Shown here one piece after another: positions 52,163 through 62,384 of a stretch of 64,000 bases of DNA; positions within the stretch are counted from its first letter, which is position 1; each line of letters begins with the position of its first letter. The stretch is from Tubulanus polymorphus (Eukaryota; Animalia; Nemertea), in assembly GCF_964204645.1 (NCBI RefSeq), contig NC_134027.1, positions 6,480,485-6,544,484 on the forward strand, written 5' to 3'. Below the pieces are notes generated by a model. It worked only from the letters and a program-made list of their open reading frames with translations, did not search any database and was not told where the DNA came from. The position numbers and the translations under genes were made by a program.

Positions 52163-55100
52163 GTTTTATCACCCGCGACAATTCAATATTTTGGTTTTAT
52201 CGCCCGCGATAATTCATTATTTTGGTTTTATCGCCCGCGACAATTCATTATTTTGGTTTTATCGCCCGCGACAATTCATTATTTTGCTTTTGTCGCCTGG
52301 ACAATTCACCATTTTGGTTTTGTCACCCGCGACAATTCATTATTTTGGTTTTGTCGCCCCGACAATTCTTTTTTTGGTTTTGTCGCCCGCGACAATTCAT
52401 TAGTTTGGTTTTGTCGCCCGCGACAATTCAATATTTTGGTTTTATCGCCCTCGACAATTCATTACTTTGGTTTTATCTCCAGTGACAATTCTTGTTTTTG
52501 GTTTTGACGCCCGCGACAATTCATTATTTTGCTTTTGTCGCCTGGACAATTCACCATTTTGGTTTTGTCACCCGCGACAATTCATTATTTTGGTTTTGTC
52601 GCCCCGACAATTCTTTTTTTGGTTTTGTCGCCCGCGACAATTCATTAGTTTGGTTTTGTCGCCCGCGACAATTCAATATTTTGGTTTTATCGCCCTCGAC
52701 AATTCATTACTTTGGTTTTATCTCCAGTGACAATTCTTGTTTTTGGTTTTGACGCCCGCGACAATTCATTATTTTGGTTTTATACTTTGTTTTTGTCGCC
52801 CGCGACAATTTTTTTTTTGGTTTTGTCGCCCGCAACAATTCAATATTTTGGTTTTGTCGCCCGGGACAATTCATTATTTTGGTTTTATTACCCGCGAAAA
52901 TTCAATATTTTAGTTTTATTGCCCGCGATAATTCAATATTTTGGTTTTATCGCCCGCGACAATTCAATATTTTGTTTTTATCGTCCGCGACAATTCATTA
53001 TTTTGGTTTTATCGCCCGCGACAATTCAATATTTTGTTTTTATCGTCCGCGACAATTCATTATTTTGGTTTTGTCGCTCGAGACAATTCATTATTTTTGT
53101 TTTGTCGCCCGTGACAATTCAATATTTTGGTTTTGTCGCTCGAGACAATTCATTATTTTGGTTTTGTCGGAACATTAAGTTTTTTGGTCGATCAGTGTGT
53201 AAAGGTCGTTTTGGAAATTTACTCAGTCTGGTATATTTTGGATTACTGTGTATGTCATTTGTCAGGACATTAAACAGAAGACGACTTAGGATACTACCTT
53301 GCGTGACTCCACTAGTTAGACCGTCTCATTCCAAGATGAGGCGTTCTGTTGATTTCGGTTACAAGTTTCCGTTCAGAGATAACTGCTGAGCCATTTTAAC
53401 GACCTATCATTGATACTGTTTCCTAATAGCCTTTTTAGTAATGGCTGATGTTGAGCCTTATCAAATGCTTTGTTGAAATCCACCGTTGAACAGGATTCTA
53501 AGACTGTGCAGAAAACCCGTTATCGCTGCTTTGCAGCTATATTTATTTTTTTTTTCCCTTTTCCACACAGTTTTGGTTAAAAATGTAAAGGCTTCCTTAC
53601 CTTACCGCTGTCGCCGATACAATCCGCATGATATCCTTCAGCTCACTTCAATCTCCAGATACTGCATGGGAATGTTGATAAATCCACGTTATAAAGGCAC
53701 TGTCGAGCCGTAAACATCGGAAATTTGGCTCCGTTCAATTAGTAGCCATGTTGTGTTTTCTTTCAGAAATTTCTCTCTTCTTTTCGAGGAAGAGCTATCG
53801 AATAATTCCCTCTCTTCTCCACAATCAATTTAAAGTCAATTTTATGAATTTATTGCTCAGCGGGTCCGAGTCCAAGAGTTTACGAGTCCGGGATTCGCGT
53901 GTCTGACAGGTTTACGCGAATTTGTTTGTTACCTCTTTAATATTTTTGATTTCTTGTTATTCCGGTTATTTCATTTAAGTATATTGCTGATCAGTTCATG
54001 TAACCAAAAGCGTCAATAAACAGATTTTGAATTGATCAAGTTTAAATCAAGGTCGTTGAGTCGCGGAGGGCTACTAGAATTACGTTCGACTCAGAGTCAG
54101 GCATCAGACCACAATTAGGTTAGTAGCTCGAAGATGCGTAGGGCCGGACCCCAAAAATAGTACCTAGAGTGAAGAAGAGGTCCCCCATAAATGTTGCCAT
54201 AATTTCTGCAAATGGGATAGGTAACGAATTTCGGTTATATGTATGAAATCCATTGATCCTGAGAGACAGATCGATGATGAAGTAAGGGATTCCCTGGACT
54301 TTTTTTGCTTGGAGTAAGGGTACCAAACACGGTGGGGGATTCCCTTAGATATTTGGCTCGGATGTACTGGCATACCTGTACTGGGATACCCCTCCTTTCT
54401 AAAGGTTTGATTATTTCAAAAGTTAGGTTGGGTACGTGGGGCGAAAACCACTTCAATGCGTAGCTAAGATGCTGGCCTATGAGCCATAAGCAGGATTTCC
54501 CCTGAATTTACGCGCTTATATATGAACTAAACTCTCGAATTTCTTGTTTTTACTATAGGATATAGAAGATTTTGGAATAGTGGTCTGAGCTCAGAGAGAA
54601 AACAAACGACAGAAAAGTATCAGGTGATTATCGAAAGCCTACTACGGTACACACAGTTGACAAACAGTGTTAGGCCTGTGCCGGTTGGTGCGTACTGGGA
54701 ATAAATATACTGGTTGGTCAGTTGGTTGTGAAGTGTGGAAGCTAAGCAAGAAAGCCTACCTCTACCGGTATTTATTTGTCTATATATATAGGCCTATTAT
54801 ATAGTACCAAATAGCATTTTAAGTACATAGTTGTTACCCGTATGTGACTGTACGGTGATCTCCACAGGTTAACCGTACGTGAGTTCCCTACTAACGCCGT
54901 ACCTGAGTTCCTAGCAGCCAATACCATTTTAAGTATATACGAAGTTGTTACCCGTACGTGACTGTACGGTGATATCCACAGGTTAACCGTTCGTGAGTTC
55001 CCTAAAAACGCCGTACGTGAGTTCCTAGGCCTATAATCTGCTAACGCGCATGCGTGAAAGAATAGAGTTTGGGTTAGGTGAGGCTAGGCTATTTGTAAAT

Positions 55101-58100
55101 CAAATTTCATCCACCCTGCAGTTACGTTCTGTGGCACAGTGGGTTAATCACCGGACTTCAACTGGATTTTTTTTTCCTTTGGTTTCGAATCCCAATATTG
55201 CAAGTCTGAGCCTCAACGTACTCACATACGGCTAACCTGTAGAAATCACCGTACAGTCACGTACAGGTAACAACAGCGTTTTAAGTATTACGTGAGTACA
55301 ACAAGCCTACCATGCCTATGTACTACAAACACAACTTTTTCCCTCTTGTCGGCCCTCCAGTGATGTTACTATAGGGCCTTACTGGTGCCATTATAACATG
55401 GATAGGATTTGGTCAGGACTAGCCTAAAGTCTAATTCAGTCTATGTACTAATTCACTCGATAGGCCTATTTTTAAAACAATACAGTGAAATATTCACACG
55501 CAGAAAGGCTAATTGATTTGAGCCATGTGATTAAGTTTGGCCAGGCCTTCTCTGACCTGCTGACATTATTAGTCAAACCAAAACGTTCATGTGGTCACGG
55601 CTTGTATACCAGAAATCATTGTAGGCCTGTACATTTTGCTGTTCGTAGGTTTGGTATACCGATTTCTCCATTCTTGACTAATAAGTGTACGGTACAGCTG
55701 TACGCATTATACAATTGTTCCAATGGGAATAGAGCCTTTTGATTGGGCTTATTATTTCCTGCTTTAGAATACTGAAATAAACCTAATGTTCATTCAAAAA
55801 TCCAACATCGGTGAAAGTTTGATTACTGTATACATGTACTGTAGGTTTTCATGTTGTATGAATATTTTGCAGTTCAAATGGGTATGATGCTGATTCCAAT
55901 GTCAAACGCATGAAGTTAGATGGTCAAGGACCGTCAACACCAAGATATCTCTCTTCGACCGATGTTGTACCATAGAAGATCTGATTCTTTTAACTCAAGG
56001 AAAGTGATTCAACACGATCGACATAACACTGGAATAGGTTTGCAGTAACTAACGGTTCATTTCATTTAGTCCTATGTACTTTTTAGCCAATTTGGATTTG
56101 ATTGTAATTGAAACTCTGGAACTGTTAACAAAAGACAAGTAAGACAAGTTGAAAAAACAGTTATGCTTGATTCTCATGTTCAAATTTAATTCAAATTTAT
56201 TTTATTACATCATATTTACAAAGCATATCATTGGTTCATACAGTAATAAAAATTAGGGCAGAACAAATATTATTACAGAAACTCCAAAAAGGCAATAAAT
56301 TTCTATAACTAAATGAACATTATTTTTAGCCCACTTGGGACTTTAGTCCCAGCGGGCTATTGCGTTCACTTTTCGTCCGTCGTCCATCTGTCCGTCCGTA
56401 GACGGAATCCAGTTATTTTGGGAAGTTTTGAAGACGCTTCAAGGTAATGTCTTGATATTTGGGTTGCACATGTATCTACCCTAGACACATCTTCAGCCCT
56501 AAAACTGGCTGTCAGAATCAAGATGGCCGACTGGCAGCCATTGTTATTCGCCAAAATCAACACTTTTTACACATTTTTGAACTTTTTGAGGGAAATTTTG
56601 AAGATGCTTTGATCAATTACCTTGATCTTTCGTATATATGTGAATCCCCCCAGGGCCCATCAACAGAACAAGAATTGGGATACAGACTCAAGATGGCCGT
56701 CCTATGACCTTTTTTAGTGTCCAAAAATGTCAATTTTGGCCCGAATTCTCAGTTTGCCATTTCTCATTGCAGTTTGTGATGGGTATTCTTTGAAAAGGGA
56801 TGTTTTATACCTTTGATACCTGAATTGTTAGATTGTTGAGCATTTGGAACCACTTTCCAAGTGGGCATGGTGTCCCTGGACCCCTAGTTCTAATAACTCA
56901 GATCAAGAGTGACTCTCCCGTTTATTAGGAAACACACGCAACTTGTGGAATAGGTTTGATTTACACACATGTTGCAGGTATCAATTGTTTATCACTATAG
57001 AATTTGTAATCCATAAAAGCCAAAATCAACATCAGCTGGAAACCCAGACCAAATCAAATCATAATTTATTGATTGAATCTACACTACAATATATGTATTT
57101 ATTCAAATATTTCAATAAAAACATTAACTTCTTAAATCTATTCTAAATCATAATACGTTCTTATCTGTGAATTCACTCAATCTATCGGCTCAGCAGGTGC
57201 TTAAGATGAGTTCTTAATAGGACAGATCCATTTTTAAGGATGGTGATAATACAGTATCATGATGTTTGAATACCAAAATAAATGCCTGGTCAAATATATT
57301 AATATTTGTGATTGTACGTCCGCGTATGTTCAGTTTCAAAGCTGAATCATATTTGACGTTTACACAGTGGTTGCATATTAGGTTCGAATCCGTCAATGCA
57401 TTTTATTCTATGTATCGATATTTCAATTTACTACAATTCCCATCATTCTGAATGGCTTTACAGAAAACCCATCATCGCTGCTTTGCAGCTATATTTCGAG
57501 ATTATCATTCATTGTAGTATGCCTACCTCTAGCCACGTTGATAACAGTAGCTGTCCGCTTCATAGCTTTAAATTCTGGCTCGCTTATCATGTGTTTTGTC
57601 TCTGGCAGCAATGGGCAAGTAATTATGATAAAATCACACAGTGGAAGCATGTCGTGTAGTTTATCACAATATGTAGCACCAACAGCATTTTCATCTTCGA
57701 TGCTCCTAGTAAAAGAATAATGTATTCAGACTTCAGGGTAAAAATATAGGAGAAGTTTTTCAACTCAAATTATTGGCGATTCCAATCCAATTAATCACCT
57801 TCTTTTTCTGTTATGATAATAAATCTTCATTTTGAAACTTTTAGCTCGGCAGGCTACCTCGTAACCAATCGAGCCCATGCCAACAATTCCTAATGTTGCG
57901 TAACAGACATCAACGCCCAGTGGAAGTGATGTGCGGTCCAGTGATGAAGTTTCATCCATGGAAATGGTTATCCCTGTAAAAGATCATATGGAGAGGTTGG
58001 AAATCTTGGAATAGCAACCATACCAGATGAGTGAATAAACTTCCAAATTATTTGCAAACGTAATTTACATTCATAGTCATATGAATGATTTTCAAGAAGC

Positions 58101-58499
58101 ATCTTTTTTCCTACCCAGGTATAAGTTTCTGGCTGATGCAAGCATCAATGCCATAGCCATATCAGCAGTAGCATCACTTACAACTCCAGGTGTATTAGCA
58201 ACTTTTACACCGTGAGAATTGAGGAACTTGACGTCGATGTGATTCATGCCAACTCCAAAAGAGGTTAAAATCTTCAAATTAGTATAGAGTGCGATATTTT
58301 CGTAAAGCTCGTTTGGTTCGCCACACCCAGGAGCTGTGACTATAGCGGCTATATCTTCACGCTTCGTCGACTTATTCTCGATGTCTTCGATGTAGACAAC
58401 TTGAAAGTTTTCACCAATTTTTTCTATTAATTCATGATTTTCTGTGATGATCGCCAACACGCACGGCTTTTCATCGCCCATCGAATTTTTAGTTGACAT
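49854..58499 (-). CDS. D-2-hydroxyacid dehydrogenase gene B (327 aa) with a 7.4-kb transposon-filled intron 3
   Basis: Exons 58499-58115, 57973-57799, 57705-57527, 50098-49854 (984 nt, phases consistent). Removing 50185-57496 restores a short intron alignable with intron 3 of genes A and C. Confidence 0.85.
51345..53169. repeat. Full-length 31-bp minisatellite array, ~59 monomers
   Basis: Same consensus as 34679-35775. It contains an internal ~245-bp higher-order duplication (~52262-52752). Confidence 0.97.
53262..53494 (-). mobile_element. Degenerate LINE reverse-transcriptase fragment (CR1/L2-like) inside the inner HINE
   Basis: Minus-strand translation gives VDFNKAFDK..LKWLSSYL* and LTSGVTQGSILSRLLFNV, matching RT motifs DFxKAFD and GVPQGSxLxPLLF. 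Confidence 0.7.
54830..55274. mobile_element. Inverted-repeat element with a duplicated left arm and a tRNA-like centre
   Basis: GTTGTTACCCGTAYGTGACTGTACGGTGAT..CCACAGGTTAACCGT at 54830 and 54944 (114-bp period), with an inverted copy at ~55220-55274. A-box-like TGGCACAGTGG at 55132 and B-box-like GTTTCGAATCC at 55182. Confidence 0.55.
56323..56889 (+). mobile_element. Second-family HINE/DINE-1-like element nested in the outer HINE
   Basis: TTTTT-AGCCCACTTGG..CAGCGGGCTA 5' hairpin, GTCY microsatellite (CGTCCGTCGTCCATCTGTCCGTCCGT), and two ~170-bp central repeats carrying TCAAGATGGCCG. 3' subTIR CCAAGTGGGC (56857-56866), GTCC-CT-GGAC hairpin, then TAGTT. Confidence 0.8.
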
Positions 58500-59038
58500 C
58501 GTCGGGAAAGTTTGGTTGTACGACACCACAGTCCTCCAAACGGTAGTGCCACTACTGGAGTTGACGCCTATGCTGAGTGTACTGAAATATTAACCGTCTC
58601 GTGCTGCCCCTGTTGGCGGTGTAACTCAAACTCGCATGCCGCAGTAGGAATATCCAGCTGTCGCCGGTTCGCGCAGTATTCGGCCTCTGAATTACGGACA
58701 AAATTTATCACTCGGGCGGCGCTGTCCGGTGTTGCGTATTTTTATCACTTTAACCGATGTTTTGTAGAAAATATTTCATCTATAAGTATATTTTTCTCCA
58801 TTAACGTGATTAGGCCTAACAATCAGAAATAAGCTTATAGATTAAAGGTGATTTGATGAATTTTTTTCAGAATATTTTGCCAAGTCGATTTTTAAGGGGA
58901 GTTTCTCATACATATGGCAATTAATTTAAAGCGTTTGAGTGAGTAGTGAAATTCCTTGGGGTGTGCATTACTGAGAGCATTGTAAAAACATGGACAAACA
59001 AGAATTTATTTATTCGAACAATCTAAAATATATAGAAT

Positions 59039-59080
59039 ACACGACGTTTCGATCTCACCCTAGAGATCATCGTCAGGTGT
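59039..59080 (-). ncRNA. Minimal type I hammerhead ribozyme motif (Penelope-like element pLTR remnant)
   Basis: Minus strand: ACAC-CUGACGA-U-GAUCUC-UAGGGU-GAGAUC-GAAA-CG-UC-GUGU. It has the conserved core, a 6-bp stem II, a 4-bp stem I and a palindromic ACGU stem III. AATAAA lies ~25 nt downstream. Confidence 0.7.
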
Positions 59081-59850
59081 CATATAGGGTAGCATTAGAG
59101 TAGCAATGAAATAGCATTAGATTATGACTTCACTAGGTTATGGCAGTCCAGTTAATGCTACATCAATGTTTTTAATGACAAGATCCTGCATTCTTTCCAC
59201 AGTTTGTACTGTATATACACCGATATGAGGCACAACAATTAAGTTTGGCAGCTTAAAAAGTTTATGTCCTTTTGGCAGCGGTTCTGGTTCGATTACAATA
59301 CATCTAATGCGGCACCACGAATTCGATTTTTCTACTCAAAGCTTCGTACAACGCTCCATGGTCTATAACACCACCTAGGAAAAATAATAGAAATCTTACA
59401 GTAAGCCTAGGACTAGAAAAAACAATTTGTTCAATACAGTGTTGACCGTTTTTTTCTGCGATTATCTTTCATATTATGCCTACGTACCTCTAGCCACATT
59501 GATAACAGTAGCTGTCCGCTTCATAGCTTTAAATTCTGGCTTGCTTATCATGTGTTTTGTCTCTGGTAGCAATGGGCAAGTAATTACAATAAAATCCCAC
59601 AGATGAAGCGTGTTGTGTAGTTTATAACAATATGTAGCACCAACAGCATGTTCATCTTCAATGCTCCTAGTAAAATAATAATGTATTCAGACTTCAGGTA
59701 AAAATATGGGAGAAGTTTTTCAACTCAAATAATTGGCAATTCCAATCCAATAAATCACCGTCCTTTCCTGTTATGGAAATAAATCTTCATTTTGAAGCTT
59801 TTACCTCGGCAGGCTACCTCGTAACCAATCGAGCCCATGCCAACAATTCC

Positions 59851-60182
59851 GGCCTTTTTATGAACGCTCGATTAGTGTACACGATTATGCAAAACGTTTT
59901 TATGAGCATGGATTATGTCATAATCCGTCATTTTTGTGAACATTGGTTATCATAATCGATTAGCATACCCAGCATACTCACTCGGCGAGCAAGTATGCCG
60001 ATTATCTAATCCAACTAAGATGGTGTTCTCGGTAGTGAGTTGCTGCTGAGTGCACCATAATTGGATAATTTCTACCTGGCGTTTTTATCAACCAACATAG
60101 CCGGCTATGATAATTGATACTAATCGGCTATATAATCTAAATAGCTAATCTATTCTGATTATGTTGGTTCATAAAAAGGCTT
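59851..60182. mobile_element. ~330-bp TIR MITE inserted in exon 2 of gene C
   Basis: TIRs GCCTTTTTATGAAC / GTTCATAAAAAGGC interrupt CAACAATTCC|TAATGTTGCG, which is contiguous in genes A and B. Confidence 0.85.
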
Positions 60183-60202
60183 TAATGTTGCGTAACACAC
60201 AT

Positions 60203-60262
60203 TAGACTGGTTGCCGGTCTCCATCTTCAATTATATATTGAATGGGACAGGCAACCAGTCTA
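60203..60262. mobile_element. 60-bp mini-MITE with a 9-bp TSD in exon 2 of gene C
   Basis: TAGACTGGTTGCC...GGCAACCAGTCTA flanked by AACACACAT at 60194-60202 and 60263-60271. Confidence 0.9.
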
Positions 60263-61419
60263 AACACACATCAACGCCCAATGGAAGTGATGTTCCTTCC
60301 AGTGATGAAGTTTCATTCATGGAAATAGTTATCCCTATAAAAGACTAATACGGTTGGGAAAATTGGTGGAATTGCATATTGCCCAGTAAAACTGTAAGTA
60401 ATAAACTATTAGCAAAGCTTCCTATTTGCAAAGGTGATTATATTCATAATCGTAGTAACGATACCGGTGTTTTGTATTAATGATTTTCAACAATCTTCTT
60501 TTGATGGTTATCGGTGCGCACCTACCCAGGCGTAAGTTTCTGGCTGATGCAAGAATCAATGTCATAGCCATATCAGCAGTAGCATCACTTACAACTCCAG
60601 GTGTATTAGCAACTTTCACACCATGGGAATTGATGAAGTTGATGTCGATGTTATTGATGCCCACTCCAAAATTGGTCAAAAGCTTCAAATTAGTATGGAG
60701 TGCTATATTTTCGTAAAGCTCGGTTGGTTCGCTATATGTAACTACAGCAACTATATCTTCACGCTTCACCGATTTATTCTCATCGATGTCTTCGATGTGG
60801 ACTACTTGAATGTGTTCCTCAATTTTATCTATTAAATCCGGACGTCTGAAGGTCACCAACACACACGGCTTTTCATCGCCTGTCAAATTTTTAGTTGACA
60901 TCGTTGGGGGAGGGGGGGGAAGCTGGGTTCCTTATCACCAGGTCCCAAAGCAATAGGAGCTTCGAGTAATCAGTCTAATTAATAACTCCAAGGTAGGAGT
61001 GAGTAGGTCTATGTTGAAAGTATTGAAGTATCCTGTCGCGTCCTGCAACTCACTAGTGCTGCGCCTATGACGGTACATATATCTCAACCTGGGAGTTAAT
61101 CATCCAATGAAATTACTCCTAACCCGAAAATAATAGCGAGTGTCATACTGCATCCCCAAGTTATTTTCATTAATACGTCTATTTTCATTTTTTTAATCTC
61201 CAATAACCCATTACGGGAACTGTCGTTTTTCGTTACCAGTTTCCGCGAAATCTATTCGTTGTTTGGCCATGAAACTTGGCATTTGCACAGAGGAATGATT
61301 TCTTATGGTAAAGATAACTTCAATTTTATTTGGATCTAGGGTCTAATTCCACCCGAATTTAAATCCCCAAAATCCCAGTAGATACCAGAAGTTGGCAGTA
61401 GATGGCGTGTGTTGTTTTT

Positions 61420-61834
61420 TCCAGGAACAAACTTAGCAATGTAAATATTGATAGAAACGAACGTATTTGTACATATTGTAGTCTTAACAAAATCGGTGAT
61501 GACTTCCATTTTCTTTTTGAATGTTCCGAACTAAACAATATGCGAAGAGTTTTCTTAACACCTTTTTATGTAAATAGACCCAACACTTTTAAAATGTCAC
61601 AATTACTTAATGCTGTAAATAACAATATATTAATTAAACTCGCTAGATTTGTAAATGCTGGTCTCAAGCTAATTCATGTATCTGTTATCTCTATTATTAT
61701 TCTATTCTATGTGTATTTCTGTTTTCTTGTTTTTAAATTTTGTAAATTATAAATTTCATTGTACAAATTCTTGTAACCTCTATGTACCAATGTTTGGTTA
61801 GAGCGAAATAAATAAACCTAAACATAAACCTAAA
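61420..61834 (+). mobile_element. 3' end of a non-LTR retrotransposon (CCHC C-terminal domain, 3' UTR and tail)
   Basis: RNERICTYCSLNKIGDDFHFLFEC..RPNTFKMSQLLN, followed by AATAAATAAACCTAAACATAAACCTAAA. Confidence 0.7.
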
Positions 61835-61947
61835 AGGAGTACCAATGGGACGTAAATCAATCAAGCATCGCAATACTTCTATTCAGATGATTTTAACGTT
61901 TGCCGCCACCGCTAGATGCGCTAGTGTTCGGTCACCAGAGGTAACAC

Positions 61948-62384
61948 ACTAGTCAGCTGTTTTGGTAAATTATTCACAAGTATCCTTAACCAAAGGCTGT
62001 CAACTTTTCTCGATTCAAACAATATAATTAGTGAAGCACAGGCCGGATTTACACCAAAATATTCTACTACTGACCATATTTATGCGTTGAAAACAATCGT
62101 CGAATTGTACTTATGCAAAGGAAGGAGACTTTTTTGCGCCTTTGTAGATTTTAAGAAGGCTTTCGAAGGTTTGCCGGGTTACATTATGGAGAAAATTGAT
62201 AGAGGGTATCATTACGGGGAATTTTTTTAACGTAGTTAAAAATATCTATAATTCGGTGAAATCATGTGTTAAATCTAACGGTAACACATCACAATATTTT
62301 GCTGCTGATAGAGGTTTTAGACAAGGTGAAAATTTATCACCTATCCTATTTCCCCTATTCTTAAACGACATTGAAGACTTTTAA
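61948..62384 (+). mobile_element. Degenerate LINE RT fragment (RTE-X-like)
   Basis: SCFGKLFTSILNQRL, EAQAGFTPKYSTTDHIYALKTIV, FCAFVDFKKAF and GFRQGENLSPILFPLFLND, with frameshifts. Confidence 0.8.

Larger units (their letters stand above)
50239..53544 (+). mobile_element. Inner HINE of the same family, nested in the ATT microsatellite of the outer one
   Basis: Second head at 50239. The 3' end CAGAAAACCCGTTATCGCTGCTTTGCAGCTATATTT is at 53509-53544, after which a diverged copy of the element body resumes (TTCCACACA...TTACCGCTGTCGCCGATACAATCCG). Confidence 0.75.
50185..57496 (+). mobile_element. Outer non-autonomous Helentron-associated element (HINE/DINE-1-like)
   Basis: 5' subTIR AGGGTTTTCTG plus its inverted repeat CAGAAAACCCT and an ATT microsatellite. 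3' subTIR CAGAAAACCC (57461-57470), hairpin GCTGC-TTT-GCAGC, then TATATTT. Inserted at a TT site with no long TSD. Confidence 0.75.
59117..60901 (-). pseudogene. D-2-hydroxyacid dehydrogenase gene C, pseudogene
   Basis: Exons 60901-60526, 60334-59759, 59666-59488, 59374-59117. Exon 2 has two TIR insertions, one giving an in-frame TAA. Exon 4 has +2 and +5 bp indels and a TTA>TAA change. Confidence 0.88.

Noticed and set aside
51283-53389. Long overlapping ORFs in the minisatellite arrays
   Set aside because: They arise from a stop-free 31-nt monomer cycling through all frames, mostly with non-ATG starts. No evidence of coding function.
54120-54456. Overlapping short minus-strand ORFs inside the outer HINE, possibly captured coding sequence
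   Set aside because: No motif I can recognise. A BLASTX/HMM search would be needed to support any call.
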